A stretch of DNA of 63,473 bases, filler included, from Octopus bimaculoides (GCF_001194135.2; 5 parts of 5 records of this genome joined end to end with filler, not necessarily neighbours in it); one strand, 5' to 3'. Positions 25,310 to 38,734 are shown, counted from the whole stretch's first letter. The notes: generated by a model not told the origin, from the sequence alone. Numbers and translations are program-made.

Positions 25310-26330
25310 TAGAATTAAGGCCATGAGGGACTGAAGTATGGAGACAGAAAATTAATTCCTACTCTAGATGGAGACGAGACTGAGTGGCGTCTAAGCAAGG
25401 CCAGTCCGAATATATGCTTCAAGGAATAACCAGTCAAGCAGAAATGACGCGAGACTAGAATGTCATTCCGAGCCTGATGTGCCGAAGATATTCGGCAAAA
25501 CGGTAGGTTAGGCGCTCGCCAGTTTTCCCAATGTACAGGAAATGGCGGAGAGGACAGAGATGCAGTAACTTAGATTGCTAGAGGTGCAAGTGTAAGGAGT
25601 CGGTAGAGTGGTAGGAGCGGTGAGGGGTACCAGTGAAGATAGTGTGTTAGAGAGGAAGGGACAGGTACGATAGCATGGACGAAAGCAAAGAAAGGAGCCA
25701 AGTTAAGTGCTGGGAGTTGAGAAGATGTTATGGACCAGTAGGTTACCTAGGTTTCAGGCGTGTTTAAAGGAAGGGAGGGGTTGTTTGGAGAAAATGTGGG
25801 AGGTGGAGAGATAAGATAGGAGTTGGCAGAAAGCACGTAAAATTGTGTGTTGGAGGGGGTTGGGTGGAGGGATTGTAGGTAAGGGAGAAAGAGGCGGACT
25901 CGGACAGGTGGATGCGCGGCGAGAGAGGGTGGATGTGCGGGGAGATGGGGGTGAATGCACAGGGAGAGAAGACGGATGCACGGAGAGGACCGTTTGGATA
26001 ACGGTGATGGGAGTATCCCTGTTGGGTGAAATGGCCAACCTTGAGTTGAAACTGTCAATAAAATTCTGATCCGGCAGAGACGCAGGAACTGAGAATAGGG
26101 AATGAACAATTTAGTGTGGGGATGGTGGGAGGAGAGGGCGTCTTTGATCATATAGTGGATGAAGAAGAGTGGTTGATGACAAGAGAATTATCTAAAAGAT
26201 GTCATCGATGTACCGACCATACATCTCAAGAATGGGAGCGGTAAACTGAGAATATTTGGACCTCAACATAATCGATAAATTGGCTCGCATAACTGAGGCC
26301 CATCTCATGGGCTGAATACGTATTCAGTCA
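25310..26330 (-). mobile_element. Penelope-like element (Poseidon/Penelope type): RT core, thumb and GIY-YIG remnants
   Basis: Minus strand: MGLSYASQF, YGRYIDDIF, SSHHPHTKLFIPYSQFLRL, CTSSNLSYCIS...GERLTYRFAEYLRHI...ELIFCLHT..PHGLN; internal deletion and stops. Confidence 0.85.
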
Positions 26331-26450
26331 ATCCATCCAACCGTCTTGCCTCTCTATCTATCCATCCATCTATCCATGTATGTATGTATGTATGTATGTA
26401 TGTATGTATGTATGTATGTATGTATGTATGTATGTATGTATGTATGTATG

Positions 26451-26486
<36 letters not shown>

Positions 26487-27781
26487 NNNNNNNNNNNNNN
26501 NNNNNNNNNNNNNNNNNNNNNNNNNNNNNNNNNNNNNNNNNNNNNNNNNNNNNNNNNNNNNNNNNNNNNNNNNNNNNNNNNNNNNNNNNNNNNNNNNNNN
26601 NNNNNNNNNNNNNNNNNNNNNNNNNNNNNNNNNNNNNNNNNNNNNNNNNNNNNNNNNNNNNNNNNNNNNNNNNNNNNNNNNNNNNNNNNNNNNNNNNNNN
26701 NNNNNNNNNNNNNNNNNNNNNNNNNNNNNNNNNNNNNNNNNNNNNNNNNNNNNNNNNNNNNNNNNNNNNNNNNNNNNNNNNNNNNNNNNNNNNNNNNNNN
26801 NNNNNNNNNNNNNNNNNNNNNNNNNNNNNNNNNNNNNNNNNNNNNNNNNNNNNNNNNNNNNNNNNNNNNNNNNNNNNNNNNNNNNNNNNNNNNNNNNNNN
26901 NNNNNNNNNNNNNNNNNNNNNNNNNNNNNNNNNNNNNNNNNNNNNNNNNNNNNNNNNNNNNNNNNNNNNNNNNNNNNNNNNNNNNNNNNNNNNNNNNNNN
27001 NNNNNNNNNNNNNNNNNNNNNNNNNNNNNNNNNNNNNNNNNNNNNNNNNNNNNNNNNNNNNNNNNNNNNNNNNNNNNNNNNNNNNNNNNNNNNNNNNNNN
27101 NNNNNNNNNNNNNNNNNNNNNNNNNNNNNNNNNNNNNNNNNNNNNNNNNNNNNNNNNNNNNNNNNNNNTATATATATAAATAATATATATAAATAATATA
27201 TATATAAATAATATATGAGTATATGCATATACATGTACATGTATGTACATACTTTCATCTACATGAATATATAGATGCATATCCGGGTACATGACGTTTC
27301 AAAAAAACATGGACAAAATGATAAACAGGGTACAGAAAACACACAGGCCACATAGAGAACATTTCCTTCATCATCTGCCACCATTATAACACTGGCGTTT
27401 CGATGTACAAGCGCACATATATACAGACAACACACATGCAACCAATCTTGTCGTCCACCAATATTACCATGCAGTCAATGACATTGATTATTTATGCAAG
27501 AACTGGTCTACAGAGTCATCAACAGCATCACCATAAAGGAAGCGTTGTGCAAAGCAGAAACTAAATTCTCGAATACGAGATAAAACCGACGACAATATAT
27601 AGTGTGCTGTTTACCTGTTGGTTATAATCAGCAAAACAGTACTGCATCCAATCAGTGTGAGATAAATATAAATATCATTGAAATGAATACAGGAATAATA
27701 CGTGAGTTACTTCACAAAGAGAAATCTTCATCAGGGATTGCTCAATACGCCCACCTTTTCTTTCCATGCTTCCCCCCACCT

Positions 27782-27785
27782 CTCT

Positions 27786-27867
<82 letters not shown>

Positions 27868-27890
27868 TTCTTTCTCTCTCTCTCTCTCTC
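27782..27890. repeat. (CT)n microsatellite
   Basis: Directly visible. Confidence 0.95.
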
Positions 27891-28299
27891 TTTGCGGTTC
27901 CAGCTTTGAAATGAAGTATAGGTATAGATATTTTTAATTTGATTTCTACTGGTTTCAGTATCATTCTCTCAGCAGAATTATTCGTGTAATCTTAGTATAT
28001 ATCTTTGACCTTTCCTGATTCTCCTCACTTTATGTTGGAAACGTATTTCTTCCTTCTTTCCATTCCTGTCAAGAAATGTCCAAGTTTGGGAAGAAAAAAA
28101 ACGGCAAAAAAATGGAATGCAACAAATTTTATTAATCCTATTTCATATATTTCCATCTTGTTATTTAGTTCATTAATATGATATCAACTACAGTAAAAAG
28201 ACAAAATGTTTTCCCTTAGGCACAACGATGTTACACTTCCTTGTATCAGAAGGTTACCAAGAAACAACGATCGAAAGTTCTTGATACCGAAAGCGCATT

Positions 28300-28735
28300 G
28301 TACACAATCACACACGCACTCTCATATACACACACAGATGCACGCACGCACGCGCACACACACATGTACACGCACACACACACATGTACACGCACACACA
28401 CACACATGTACACGCACATGTATATAGATTTTCTGTAATTTATAAGGTAGCTAAATTGCCTCATACATATGTTTGCTATACATACATATACACATGAATA
28501 CTTTGCGTATACTCAAAATACAAATATATATATATATATATATGCATACACATACGCACACCCGCACACACACACACACATATATGCATATATATATCTA
28601 TATATACATATATATATGAATATATTAACACACGCAAACACGCACACTCATACACAAACACACACACACGCACACACACAATACGTACGCGCGCGCAAAC
28701 ACTCACACACACACGCACACACGCACAAACGCATA
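28300..28735. repeat. Degenerate (CA)n/(TA)n arrays
   Basis: Directly visible. Confidence 0.85.
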
Positions 28736-29274
28736 GGCATATATCAAAGATTAATTGTGTAAATTTACTTAGCCAGGGAATACATGAAGAAAATATCTCT
28801 TCTGAAATATGGCGATGCTTGAGATAATATCCTCGCAGCTATTGATTTAAAAACCAATTTACTACTAGCAGTGATGTCGGAAGTTCTTGCAGTGCTGATA
28901 ATTCTTGATTTGATTGTGGTGTCGATGATGCTACACGATTGACAGTTTGCGGTTATGCTGCAACGACTGTTGCGAGAAGACATTTTTTTTTTTCACAAAA
29001 AACGACGTTACGAAGAACGAGCTAATCTTCCCATCTTTTGTTATTTACTAGAATCCCTACTTTTTTTCTGCTTGTATCTATTATCCTATTATATTTTCTT
29101 TTAAACCTTACTGATCTAGGTTTCTACAACAGACTAAATATTCATATTCATCTCTTATTTGTTAGTTTTAAGACTTCTAACTAACACTATCTTTGTATTC
29201 TGCCTTATAATGTCCTCATATTTCAACACAGAAGAAAGAATTGAAAATAAAATGCAGCTTTTCTGCATAGATGG

Positions 29275-29640
29275 AAACATATCTGTGTGGTTAAGAAGGC
29301 TATTTCCCAACTATGTGCTCTTGGCTTCAGTCCCATTGCACGGCAAGCGTCTTCCACTTTAGCCCCGGGTTAATCAACGCCTTGTGATTGGATTTGATAG
29401 ACAGAAACAGAGAACCTGAGAAAAGGCCGTCGTGCACGTATGTGGGTGTGTGTCTCTTTTTGTGATTATATCTGTCTCCCACCACATCTCTATAACTTAG
29501 TAGTTCTGCATAAGCGATCGATATGATAAATATCAGGCTTGAAAGAAAAGTGCTGATGTCGATTTGTTTGACTGAAAACTCTCCAAGGCGGTGCTTCAGC
29601 ATGGCCGCAGTCCAACGGCTGAAACAAGTTAAAGTTAATA
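29275..29640 (+). mobile_element. SINE family A, full length with short internal (TG) tract
   Basis: Head ctgtgtggttaagaag...ttcagtccca; tail gtcgatttgtttgactg...aaggcggtgcttcagcatggccgcagtc...gaaacaag. Confidence 0.8.
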
Positions 29641-30444
29641 AGTCACTTCTGTAACTCCCAAGATTCTTTCCCAGGGCCTCCAAGACTGGTTGACAGAAGT
29701 TGTTTCCCCTTTCGAATGCTTGCAACAGAGTGGACTCTGCTGATGGTAATCAAAAGGGTCTTGAAATGACTAAAATGACTAAAATGACTCTTCCATAATT
29801 TAATTGATTCAGTTCCAACACACGATTTCATATAGTGTGACCACCATTTGATGACGTGTCCAATATGAAGAAAGATGAACTCAGATCTGAATGAACTATA
29901 GTGTCACCAGTTGATGACGTAACCAGTATAACAAAGATGGAGTCAAACCTTAACGAACTATGTTGAACATAAACTATTGATGAGGAATTTTTAGAATTTG
30001 ACCAAAAGGAGTAATGGAATTTATTCTTTGGTTTGGATTTACTTTGTTTTTGTTTTTCATTCTTACGCATGCTAATAGAAAAATAAAAATAAATTCTTGT
30101 ATATTGTGCCTTATAAAATAAAATCAATAATTTTACTTTAGAAACAAGTTTTTGAAAATTGATTTTTAAATGAATTAATAAAAACAACGTCATCGATATT
30201 GAATATTATCGATTTAAAAACTATAGTGAGGGATCAATGATTACTCGAGATTTGTTGTCATGACGACAACAACAGCAACATTAAAGGCAAACGTCAATCA
30301 ACTACGTCATCACTCTCATCAACATCAGGAACACTGTGAGCCTCTAAGCTGTCATTGGACATACTAGACACAGCAACTAAATAACATCAACAGCAACAAT
30401 AACATTAATAGCAAATGACAACCGACTTTATCACTACTGACAGT

Positions 30445-30479
<35 letters not shown>

Positions 30480-30631
30480 CATCATCATCATCATTACCCT
30501 CACCAATTTCACTAACACCGAATCAAACTGTAACACTCTAAGTAATCATTGAACATGCTAGAATTAGCAGCCAAATAACACACTTCACGATTCCTTGTTT
30601 AAAAGAAAAGGACACGCTCTATTATTTAATC

Positions 30632-30663
<32 letters not shown>

Positions 30664-30889
30664 TATGTCAGGATAAAAGATATTTTGTGATATTTTCAAG
30701 AACGAATTGAGAAACATAAAAAAAAAATTAAACCAAGGTTAAATTTAGAAGATTAAAAAAGAAGCACAGATAAGTGTATAACTTGTGTAAAAACTGACTG
30801 ATAAATTTATGAGGAACATAGTTATTACAGCTATTATACATGTACATGCATAATCTTTTACGCATGTACACACACGCGCGCGCGACTAT

Positions 30890-31590
30890 CTGTAACAAAA
30901 TCAGACATTAGCGTTGCCGACGGCACAAGAATAGAAAAAGCAGTCTTTCGATGCTAATCTTTTGCAGAAAGACCTAGATGCCATATATAAGAAAATAGCA
31001 TGCAATTTAATGTCGTAAAATTCTAAGCCCTCAGCTATCAGACAGCTTGCGCTAACATACTGCAACAAAGATGCTTTGGACTAAAAGGAGCAGCAATCCC
31101 AGAGTCAAGTACAGTGTGTGATCTGGGGATTGAAACGAGCAACGACACCTAGTTTCACCTAGTTTCACCACTAAGATGGTGGCAGTGTGCAGGCGAATGG
31201 CTGAATGGATTCTGAGAACTTTCAAAACAAGGGACCAGGAAACTATGCTGGATGTATGGAGGACATTTGTCCTCAGTCGTCTGGACTACTGCTCTCAACT
31301 TTGATCATCTTACAGTGTCAAATTAATAGTGAAACTTGAGACAATCCAGCGATGATTGCATCAGTGAAAAAGCTGAGCTACTGGGAGAGACTGAAAGAGT
31401 TACGACTCTAATCCCTGCGAAGATGAGAGAGATATGTGGTGATATACATACGGAAGATCGAGAAGGGAGTTTTTCAAGAGACAACTTGATCCCCTGCTGT
31501 TCAAGATCTCGGATGAACCTACATCACGGCAAGAAACTCAAAAGTGGGCAACAATATCGAACTATCTCCTTCACCAAAAGCCAATTACAA
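30890..31590 (+). mobile_element. CR1-type LINE, RT C-terminal part with internal deletion, pseudogenised
   Basis: LQKDLDAIY, DLGI, WILRTFKTRDQETML, VLSRLDYCSQL, SYWERLKELRL, IYIRKI, then a jump to FKRQLDPLLFKISDEPTSRQE. Confidence 0.8.
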
Positions 31591-31727
31591 AAGAACGGTC
31601 ACCGAAAAAGTGATAATACTGGTGGTGCTCCCACATCGTCACAGTCTCTGAACTGAAACGCATAAAAGAATAGAAGTGCATACACACAATCACAATCACA
31701 CAGACATCCACATATGTATATAAAGAC

Positions 31728-32066
31728 CCCCCCCCCCCTTCGGTCATGAATGACCATGGGATTACACCTAGAGAGTTCCCCTCCGAGGCACAAGTCTGGG
31801 CAAGGTTGTTTATTGAAGATTAACAGTCACCCATGCATACCAGCCTGTCTCTCTCCATGCTACCGATGTTATCAATGGGAAGGCAAAGCCCGATACAGCT
31901 TGGCACCACTGACGTCTCAACTCATTTCTACAGCTGAGTGAGCTGGAGAAACGTGAAATAAAGGGTTTTGCTGAAGAACACAACACACAGGCCAGTCGGG
32001 GAATCGAACTCACTACCTCATGATTGTTAACCCGACTTTCTAACTACCTAGCCATGTACCTTCACA
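31728..32066 (-). mobile_element. tRNA-derived CORE-type SINE, full length
   Basis: Minus strand: TGGCTAGGTAG (A box), GAGTTCGATTCCC (B box), ttcacgtttctccagctcactcagctgtagaaatgag core, distinct tail ending catggtcattcatgaccgaagggg. Confidence 0.85.
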
Positions 32067-32169
32067 CACACACACACATATGCGCGTGCGCGCGTGCGTG
32101 TGTGCCTGTGAATATGTATGTATATATATATATATATATACATTTAGAGAATATACTACGCAGTATATA

Positions 32170-32780
32170 TATATATATATACACCTTATAAGAACCCAAC
32201 ACATATTAAAGACCTAGAAAACTTTGAAAACGATCTTAAACATTTAGTTAGAAGTGTAAAATTTAACCAAAAGTCCAAGTTCCAACACATATTACAGCAT
32301 ATTCCGAACCTTTCAAAGCATCAATAAGCATGTTTATTAAAGCAGACAATACAAAAAAAAAAACATTTATGAATTAAGCAGCCAAACGCACAAGAAATTA
32401 CTAACAGACAACACAACTAAAACATACAAGAAAATAAACCCCACCACTTATATTTCAATTAATGTAGAAGCATAAGTGAAAGTAGAAAAGCTTATCAAAC
32501 GAAATCCTTTTATAACCCTGAAAGATTTCACGCAAAACCCTAGCTGCACATTAATAAATCTCACATAAAGCGAAATAGGAATTATTACACTCAAATACTT
32601 CAAAGAAGTGTCACCGTCTGCGACGGTAATCCCACTAGGATAGCCCATTTCCTGAATGTGAACTCTGAACACACTTACCACACAAACTACACACACAGAA
32701 GAAATATATCCTAATGACGAACTACCCCAGCACATAAGTATAAGAACACTACACCCAGAACAAAAATAAAATAATGCAAA
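32170..32780 (+). mobile_element. Penelope-like element (Neptune-type), N-terminal RT region, degraded
   Basis: DLENFENDLKHLVRSVKF...FIKADNT...KKLLTDNTTKTYKK...FITLKDF.QNPSCTLIN...SEIGII. Confidence 0.75.
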
Positions 32781-33407
32781 CAAATTGGCTACTCAACAAT
32801 TCGCCTAAAAGACAAATCTAAAGGAGACGAACATTCAAAAGATGCCACCCAAGAGTAACGTCCATTGATTCATTGTTTTATTCATGAGAATTCACGAGAA
32901 TCTCCGCGAACTAAACGAGACTGTGTTTTCCAAAATGGAGGCTAACACCTTTCTTCGTGTGATCGGCATGAAAAATTGTTAAGGCACTAGGATATTTTCC
33001 TACTTTTCCTAATATGAAATCAATGATAGCTTTAATTCACAAAAAAAAAAAAAGATACTGTATCCACCATTGCAGNNNNNNNNNNNNNNNNNNNNNNNNN
33101 NNNNNNNNNNNNNNNNNNNNNNNNNNNNNNNNNNNNNNNNNNNNNNNNNNNNNNNNNNNNNNNNNNNNNNNNNNNNNNNNNNNNNNNNNNTATATATATA
33201 TATATATATATATGTATATTATATTATATGCACACACGCACACACATATACTTACATGCAAATACACACACAAATAGTAGACACAATGCAATTTGTGAAT
33301 AACAATAGAATGACCATCGCTATTACCGGCACCGTTACCAATAACTCAACGTCCACTTCCATCACGATCAAACAAAAGATGTTGAATTTTATCAGTGTGT
33401 GTGTATG

Positions 33408-33439
<32 letters not shown>

Positions 33440-34499
33440 TGTGAGTATATGTTTATGCTTTTTGCAAATGTATAGCGTTGAAGGATAGGAACAAGGCTGA
33501 GGAAATAAAATAAACTCAAAACTGGTACTTTACGATCGACATCCCTTAGGTGTTTCTTCCTCATCTTATTGAAATGAAGTAAAACTACGCTATTGTTCAT
33601 CTGTAGCAATATAAAATATGATAAGACAAACACCATGATGCTTTGGTCCACCAACGCTCATTGTTATTCCTGCCTCATTAATCGTACCACCATCGACTCT
33701 CCTGATCGCAAGATGTTCCACTTGTTTAATAATGCATTTATGTAAACGATATAGTAAGGTATTGTTTTTGTGTGAAGGTATCCATAATTCATTACAAACA
33801 GACACACATACACGTGTGTGTGTGTGTGTGTGTGTGCGTGTGTGTGTGCGTGTGTGTGTGTGGTGATATACATATGGAAGATCGTGGTGGGATTTTTTCA
33901 AGAGACAACTATAAAATTATGCTTTTAACAGATCGGTATGTTTATAATATACCATATGTCATATTATATATATATATATATNNNNNNNNNNNNNNNNNNN
34001 NNNNNNNNNNNNNNNNNNNNNNNNNNNNNNNNNNNNNNNNNNNNNNNNNNNNNNNNNNNNNNNNNNNNNNNNNNNNNNNNNNNNNNNNNNNNNNNNNNNN
34101 NNNNNNNNNNNNNNNNNNNNNNNNNNNNNNNNNNNNNNNNNNNNNNNNNNNNNNNNNNNNNNNNNNNNNNNNNNNNNNNNNNNNNNNNNNNNNNNNNNNN
34201 NNNNNNNNNNNNNNNNNNNNNNNNNNNNNNNNNNNNNNNNNNNNNNNNNNNNNNNNNNNNNNNNNNNNNNNNNNNNNNNNNNNNNNNNNNNCATATACAC
34301 ACATATATGAATATATATATATATATACATATATACATACACACACACACACACACACATATTTCCTACCAATAACCGAAGAATACATTATGTATACTTA
34401 TATGTACGTGTGTATATATGTATACACACACAAAAAGACGTGCGCACACACGCACATACACACACACACACACATGCATCGCGCGCGCACACGCGCACA

Positions 34500-34548
<49 letters not shown>

Positions 34549-34946
34549 ACAAGGGAGTATTTGTTTCTATCGTAGGTAGAGAGCATGAAATTAGAAGGAA
34601 GGGGTTAGTCAATACATTCGATCGTTGTTCTTCAGCGGTGCTTCCGATGTGGAAAGGATGAATAACAAAATTTGCTTCAGTGTAATTTGAACTTAGAGTA
34701 ATGAGCCGGGAAATTACACAATATATTTTGTCCGACAATCTATATTTTTATACTCCAATATATTTTTTATATATTCATGAATACATAGATATGTGTGTGT
34801 ACAGATATATACTATGATTTTTTTTGTACAATCGGAAGAAGACTTGAAATCTTGCAGGAGGTTCATAGTTGCTTCCATTGATCCGGGGCTGAACTGGTAA
34901 TTATTTTATTCATCCCAAAAGGATAAAAGGCAAGGTCCGGCGTACT

Positions 34947-34989
<43 letters not shown>

Positions 34990-35430
34990 NNNNNNNNNNN
35001 NNNNNNNNNNNNNNNNNNNNNNNNNNNNNNNNNNNNNNNNNNNNNNNNNNNNNNNNNNNNNNNNNNNNNNNNNNNNNNNNNNNNNNNNNNNNNNNNNNNN
35101 NNNNNNNNNNNNNNNNNNNNNNNNNNNNNNNNNNNNNNNNNNNNNNNNNNNNNNNNNNNNNNNNNNNNNNNNNNNNNNNNNNNNNNNNNNNNNNNNNNNN
35201 NNNNNNNNNNNNNNNNNNNNNNNNNNNNNNNNNNNNNNNNNNNNNNNNNNNNNNNNNNNNNNNNNNNNNNNNNNNNNNNNNNNNNNNNNNNNNNNNNNNN
35301 NNNNNNNNNNNNNNNNNNNNNNNNNNNNNNNNNNNNNNNNNNNNNNNNNNNNNNNNNNNNNNNNNNNNNNNNNNNNNNNNNNNNNNNNNNNNNNNNNNNN
35401 NNNNNNNNNNNNNNNNNNNNNNNNNNNNNN

Positions 35431-35471
<41 letters not shown>

Positions 35472-35646
35472 TTTATGTATGTATATATGTATATACATAT
35501 GTTTATGTTATACATTGTATATATATTTATATATATATAATAACATATATATGTATGCATATATATATGAAGTGTGTGAGAAATGGTGAAATTTAGTGTG
35601 TGTGTGAGAAAGAGCCTGAGAGAGAAAGAGAAAGAGAGAGAGAGAG

Positions 35647-35679
<33 letters not shown>

Positions 35680-35923
35680 GAGAGAGAAAAAGAGAAAGAG
35701 AGATAGAGAGAGAGAAATGAGAGATAAGAGACGGTAGTAGGTATTAAAGATACATATCGAACTATATAAAGAATGAGTCGGAGTAAAGTGTGTGGGAGTG
35801 GGGACTTCAGCTGCAATGCTTCAATATCTGAAGCCCAGAATGTCTTAATCTTATTAATGCAACACATTGAGAAATCATCAGGTACTTGCATGCTATTTTC
35901 CATAATAGAACCGAACGATGGAT

Positions 35924-35965
<42 letters not shown>

Positions 35966-36454
35966 GTTCTCGTATCCATTCCTGTTATTCACGTTCTCAG
36001 CATGAAGTTCCGTTCTCCGTTGAATTCCATGTCACAAAGAAGTGACAGAAACCAGTTTGTGATTTCGCTGAATCATTTCCGACAAAATACGCTTCCGAAC
36101 AGCTTATATATATATATAAACAGAAAATAATGACATTAAGATTAAGTCAACTGTATGCAAGTGATAGATTTATGGTGCAATTACAGGTGGAGAGAAAACA
36201 GCTCGTAACCAAAGCCCTTACGAGGAATGGTAAAGTAATTTTTTAAGTTCCAATTTTACGAATTAAAAGCCCGGTCCTGAAAATTTTTAATTGTGTGCCT
36301 CCGCTAAAAATCATTGTAAATGTTTGCTCATGGTTTAGTCTAAAGGAAGGTAAAGGATAGGCAAAGCTGATATAGTTCGACTTTAGCAATTGTAAGTCGA
36401 CAACAATTGGAAAAAAGAAAAAAAAACAAGCTGAGAGGGGGAACACCAGTGGGA

Positions 36455-36961
36455 TGATGCTCTTGTTAAAATATCTAATGATGAAATTGATATTATCCTC
36501 ACTGCTAGACTTACTTTGGGAAGTTTCCGGAGCGAGTTATGCTCAAGAAAGTGAGTTCGGTGTTACGATGGGCTTACCCCACTCTTCTCAGCTTACTGAT
36601 CTTGTCGGTTTATACCTTTTATTCAAATTCCACAAATTCATCCCACATATTGGTGGGGATTTGTAACGCGATGACGCTCTACTTAGTGTTGTTACCCATT
36701 CCTCGTCCCAAGAAAGTTTAAGTAAGTAATTACACAAGTTTAAAAAAAAATATTAATCTAACTATCTTGTTCGAAAGAGGAATTACAACTGCTAATTTTC
36801 TAGACTTAATCTTAGATTTAACCTCACAAACATATCACCCTATCATAAGCCAAACAAGAATTTACATTATATTCACAGATCCTCTAATCATCCATTGTCA
36901 ATTAAGAACAGCATAGTTAAGAATATACCCATCAAGATCTCTAATCTTTCTATCAACTAAA

Positions 36962-36965
<4 letters not shown>
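36455..36965 (+). mobile_element. Penelope-like element (Neptune-type), RT catalytic core and thumb, degraded
   Basis: FGVTMG...LVGLYLL...DL*RDD (YRDD with Y changed to stop)...ANFLDLILDL...YHKPN...YIHRSSNHP. Confidence 0.85.
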
Positions 36966-37028
<63 letters not shown>

Positions 37029-37036
<8 letters not shown>

Positions 37037-37854
37037 TCTCCTGTCCGCCTTTGAATAGTCTATATGTCCGAATGATTTATTGTTCTCTATTGCGTTTTTG
37101 TTCCATTTCTTTTTATATTTATACATACACGTAGCGGCGTACGTACACACTTGTGCTCCCCTTATAGTAGGTATGCGTCTAAATGTTGTACGACTCTTAG
37201 TCTATCGTTTAGTCACCCTCATACTTTCTTCCACTTTTCTTTTTCTCACTCCCCCATTCTTTCTCACATTTCTTGGCCCTGTCTTTCCTTAACTCCCATT
37301 TTTTCCTCCTCGTTTATCTCCCCCTGTACCTTTCCTTTTGTCACTGATCTTTTTCTAATCCTTCTATTCTGCTGCCCGTGCCCCTCTCTGCTCCTTCCAC
37401 GTGACGGGTGTCCAGCCAGCCATGATCTTTCTTGGCCTGACTGCCGATCGCCAACGTCCCTTATGTCCATCTCCTATGTCCCTGCCTTTAGGCTTTCACT
37501 TCATACACACCAGCTCAATTTGATTCGTTCTCAGTCGAAAGACACCTGCTGCTATATTCTTGCAGTGTGTTTTTGTAATTGTGTACCATGTTCTCCGTTT
37601 TTTGTCTTTGTTGCCGTACACATTCGCTAGTTGTCTTACAAAAAGGTCTAATGCTCTTAGCTTAGACTTCTTTGGGGGCAACCAGATCGAACTGTCTCAA
37701 GTGTAACTTTCTGAAACAGTAAGGAACTCTGGTATACTTGACTGAGGAAAAAAGGCGACGAATGATCCGTCATTTTTTGCCTGTCCTTCTAATTGTTGTT
37801 TCTCCTGTCCGCCTTTGTATCCTCTATCTGTCCGAATGTTTTATTGTACTCTAC
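37029..37854 (+). repeat. About 60-bp direct repeat (37029-37089, 37793-37854) bracketing probable PLE terminal sequence
   Basis: ttgttgtttctcctgtccgcctttg...tgtccgaatg.tttattgt.ctcta occurs twice. Confidence 0.8.
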
Positions 37855-37866
37855 AGCGCATTTTTC

Positions 37867-37900
<34 letters not shown>

Positions 37901-37939
37901 TTTTTTCCCGAATTTGTGTGAATGTGTATAGAATAATAT

Positions 37940-38025
37940 ATCAGTTGAATAAAGTTACAACATAATCTGGTTTTCACGTCTTTTTATAAAATTTGTGAAA
38001 ACCAGACCAACTTTATTCAACTGAT
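37940..38025. mobile_element. 86-nt palindromic MITE-like element
   Basis: Perfect 17-bp (ATCAGTTGAATAAAGTT) and 12-bp (TCTGGTTTTCAC) inverted arms; TA on the left side only. Confidence 0.55.
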
Positions 38026-38239
38026 CCATACATACATGCATATGTATATGTATATCGATTATAGTCTCTGTTAGTGTATATGTTTTCATTCTTAGGCGTT
38101 AACTGTAGCATTAGAGCATTTTAGCTCTTATTTCTAGCAGCAATGTATGTGTTTTCTAACACCCTCGTCGCATTTAGTGAAATTTGTAATTTTTCTTTTT
38201 GGTGAAACATTGCAAACTGCTATTCATATCAATTATATA

Positions 38240-38273
38240 TGTTTGTATGTATGTATGTATGTATGTATGTATG

Positions 38274-38332
<59 letters not shown>

Positions 38333-38341
38333 ATATATCTA

Positions 38342-38404
<63 letters not shown>

Positions 38405-38429
38405 ATCTATCTATCTATCTATCTATCTA

Positions 38430-38470
<41 letters not shown>
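38240..38470. repeat. (GTAT)n/(CTAT)n/(CT)n/(AT)n compound microsatellite
   Basis: Directly visible. Confidence 0.95.
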
Positions 38471-38471
<1 letters not shown>

Positions 38472-38696
38472 ATGAATGGCAAGAGAACAGTATATTGCAC
38501 AGGCACTCAGCTCTAAATGTACTGCTTCTTATAGCTCAAACAGCTGTAACTGATGAACGTGATTACGTAATCCAGTTTTATCTTGTTCGTTATTAATCAA
38601 TATTGCGCTCTGTACTCGCCTAACGCTTTACTCTAAAACATAAGTATAATGAGTTATAACAACTGGTTATTAATATCGCTATGTCTAAGCAAAATC

Positions 38697-38734
<38 letters not shown>

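Noticed and set aside
38545-38585. CTGATGA followed by an ACGT-gatt-ACGT hairpin as a hammerhead
   Set aside because: No GAAA after stem II and no stem I in register.
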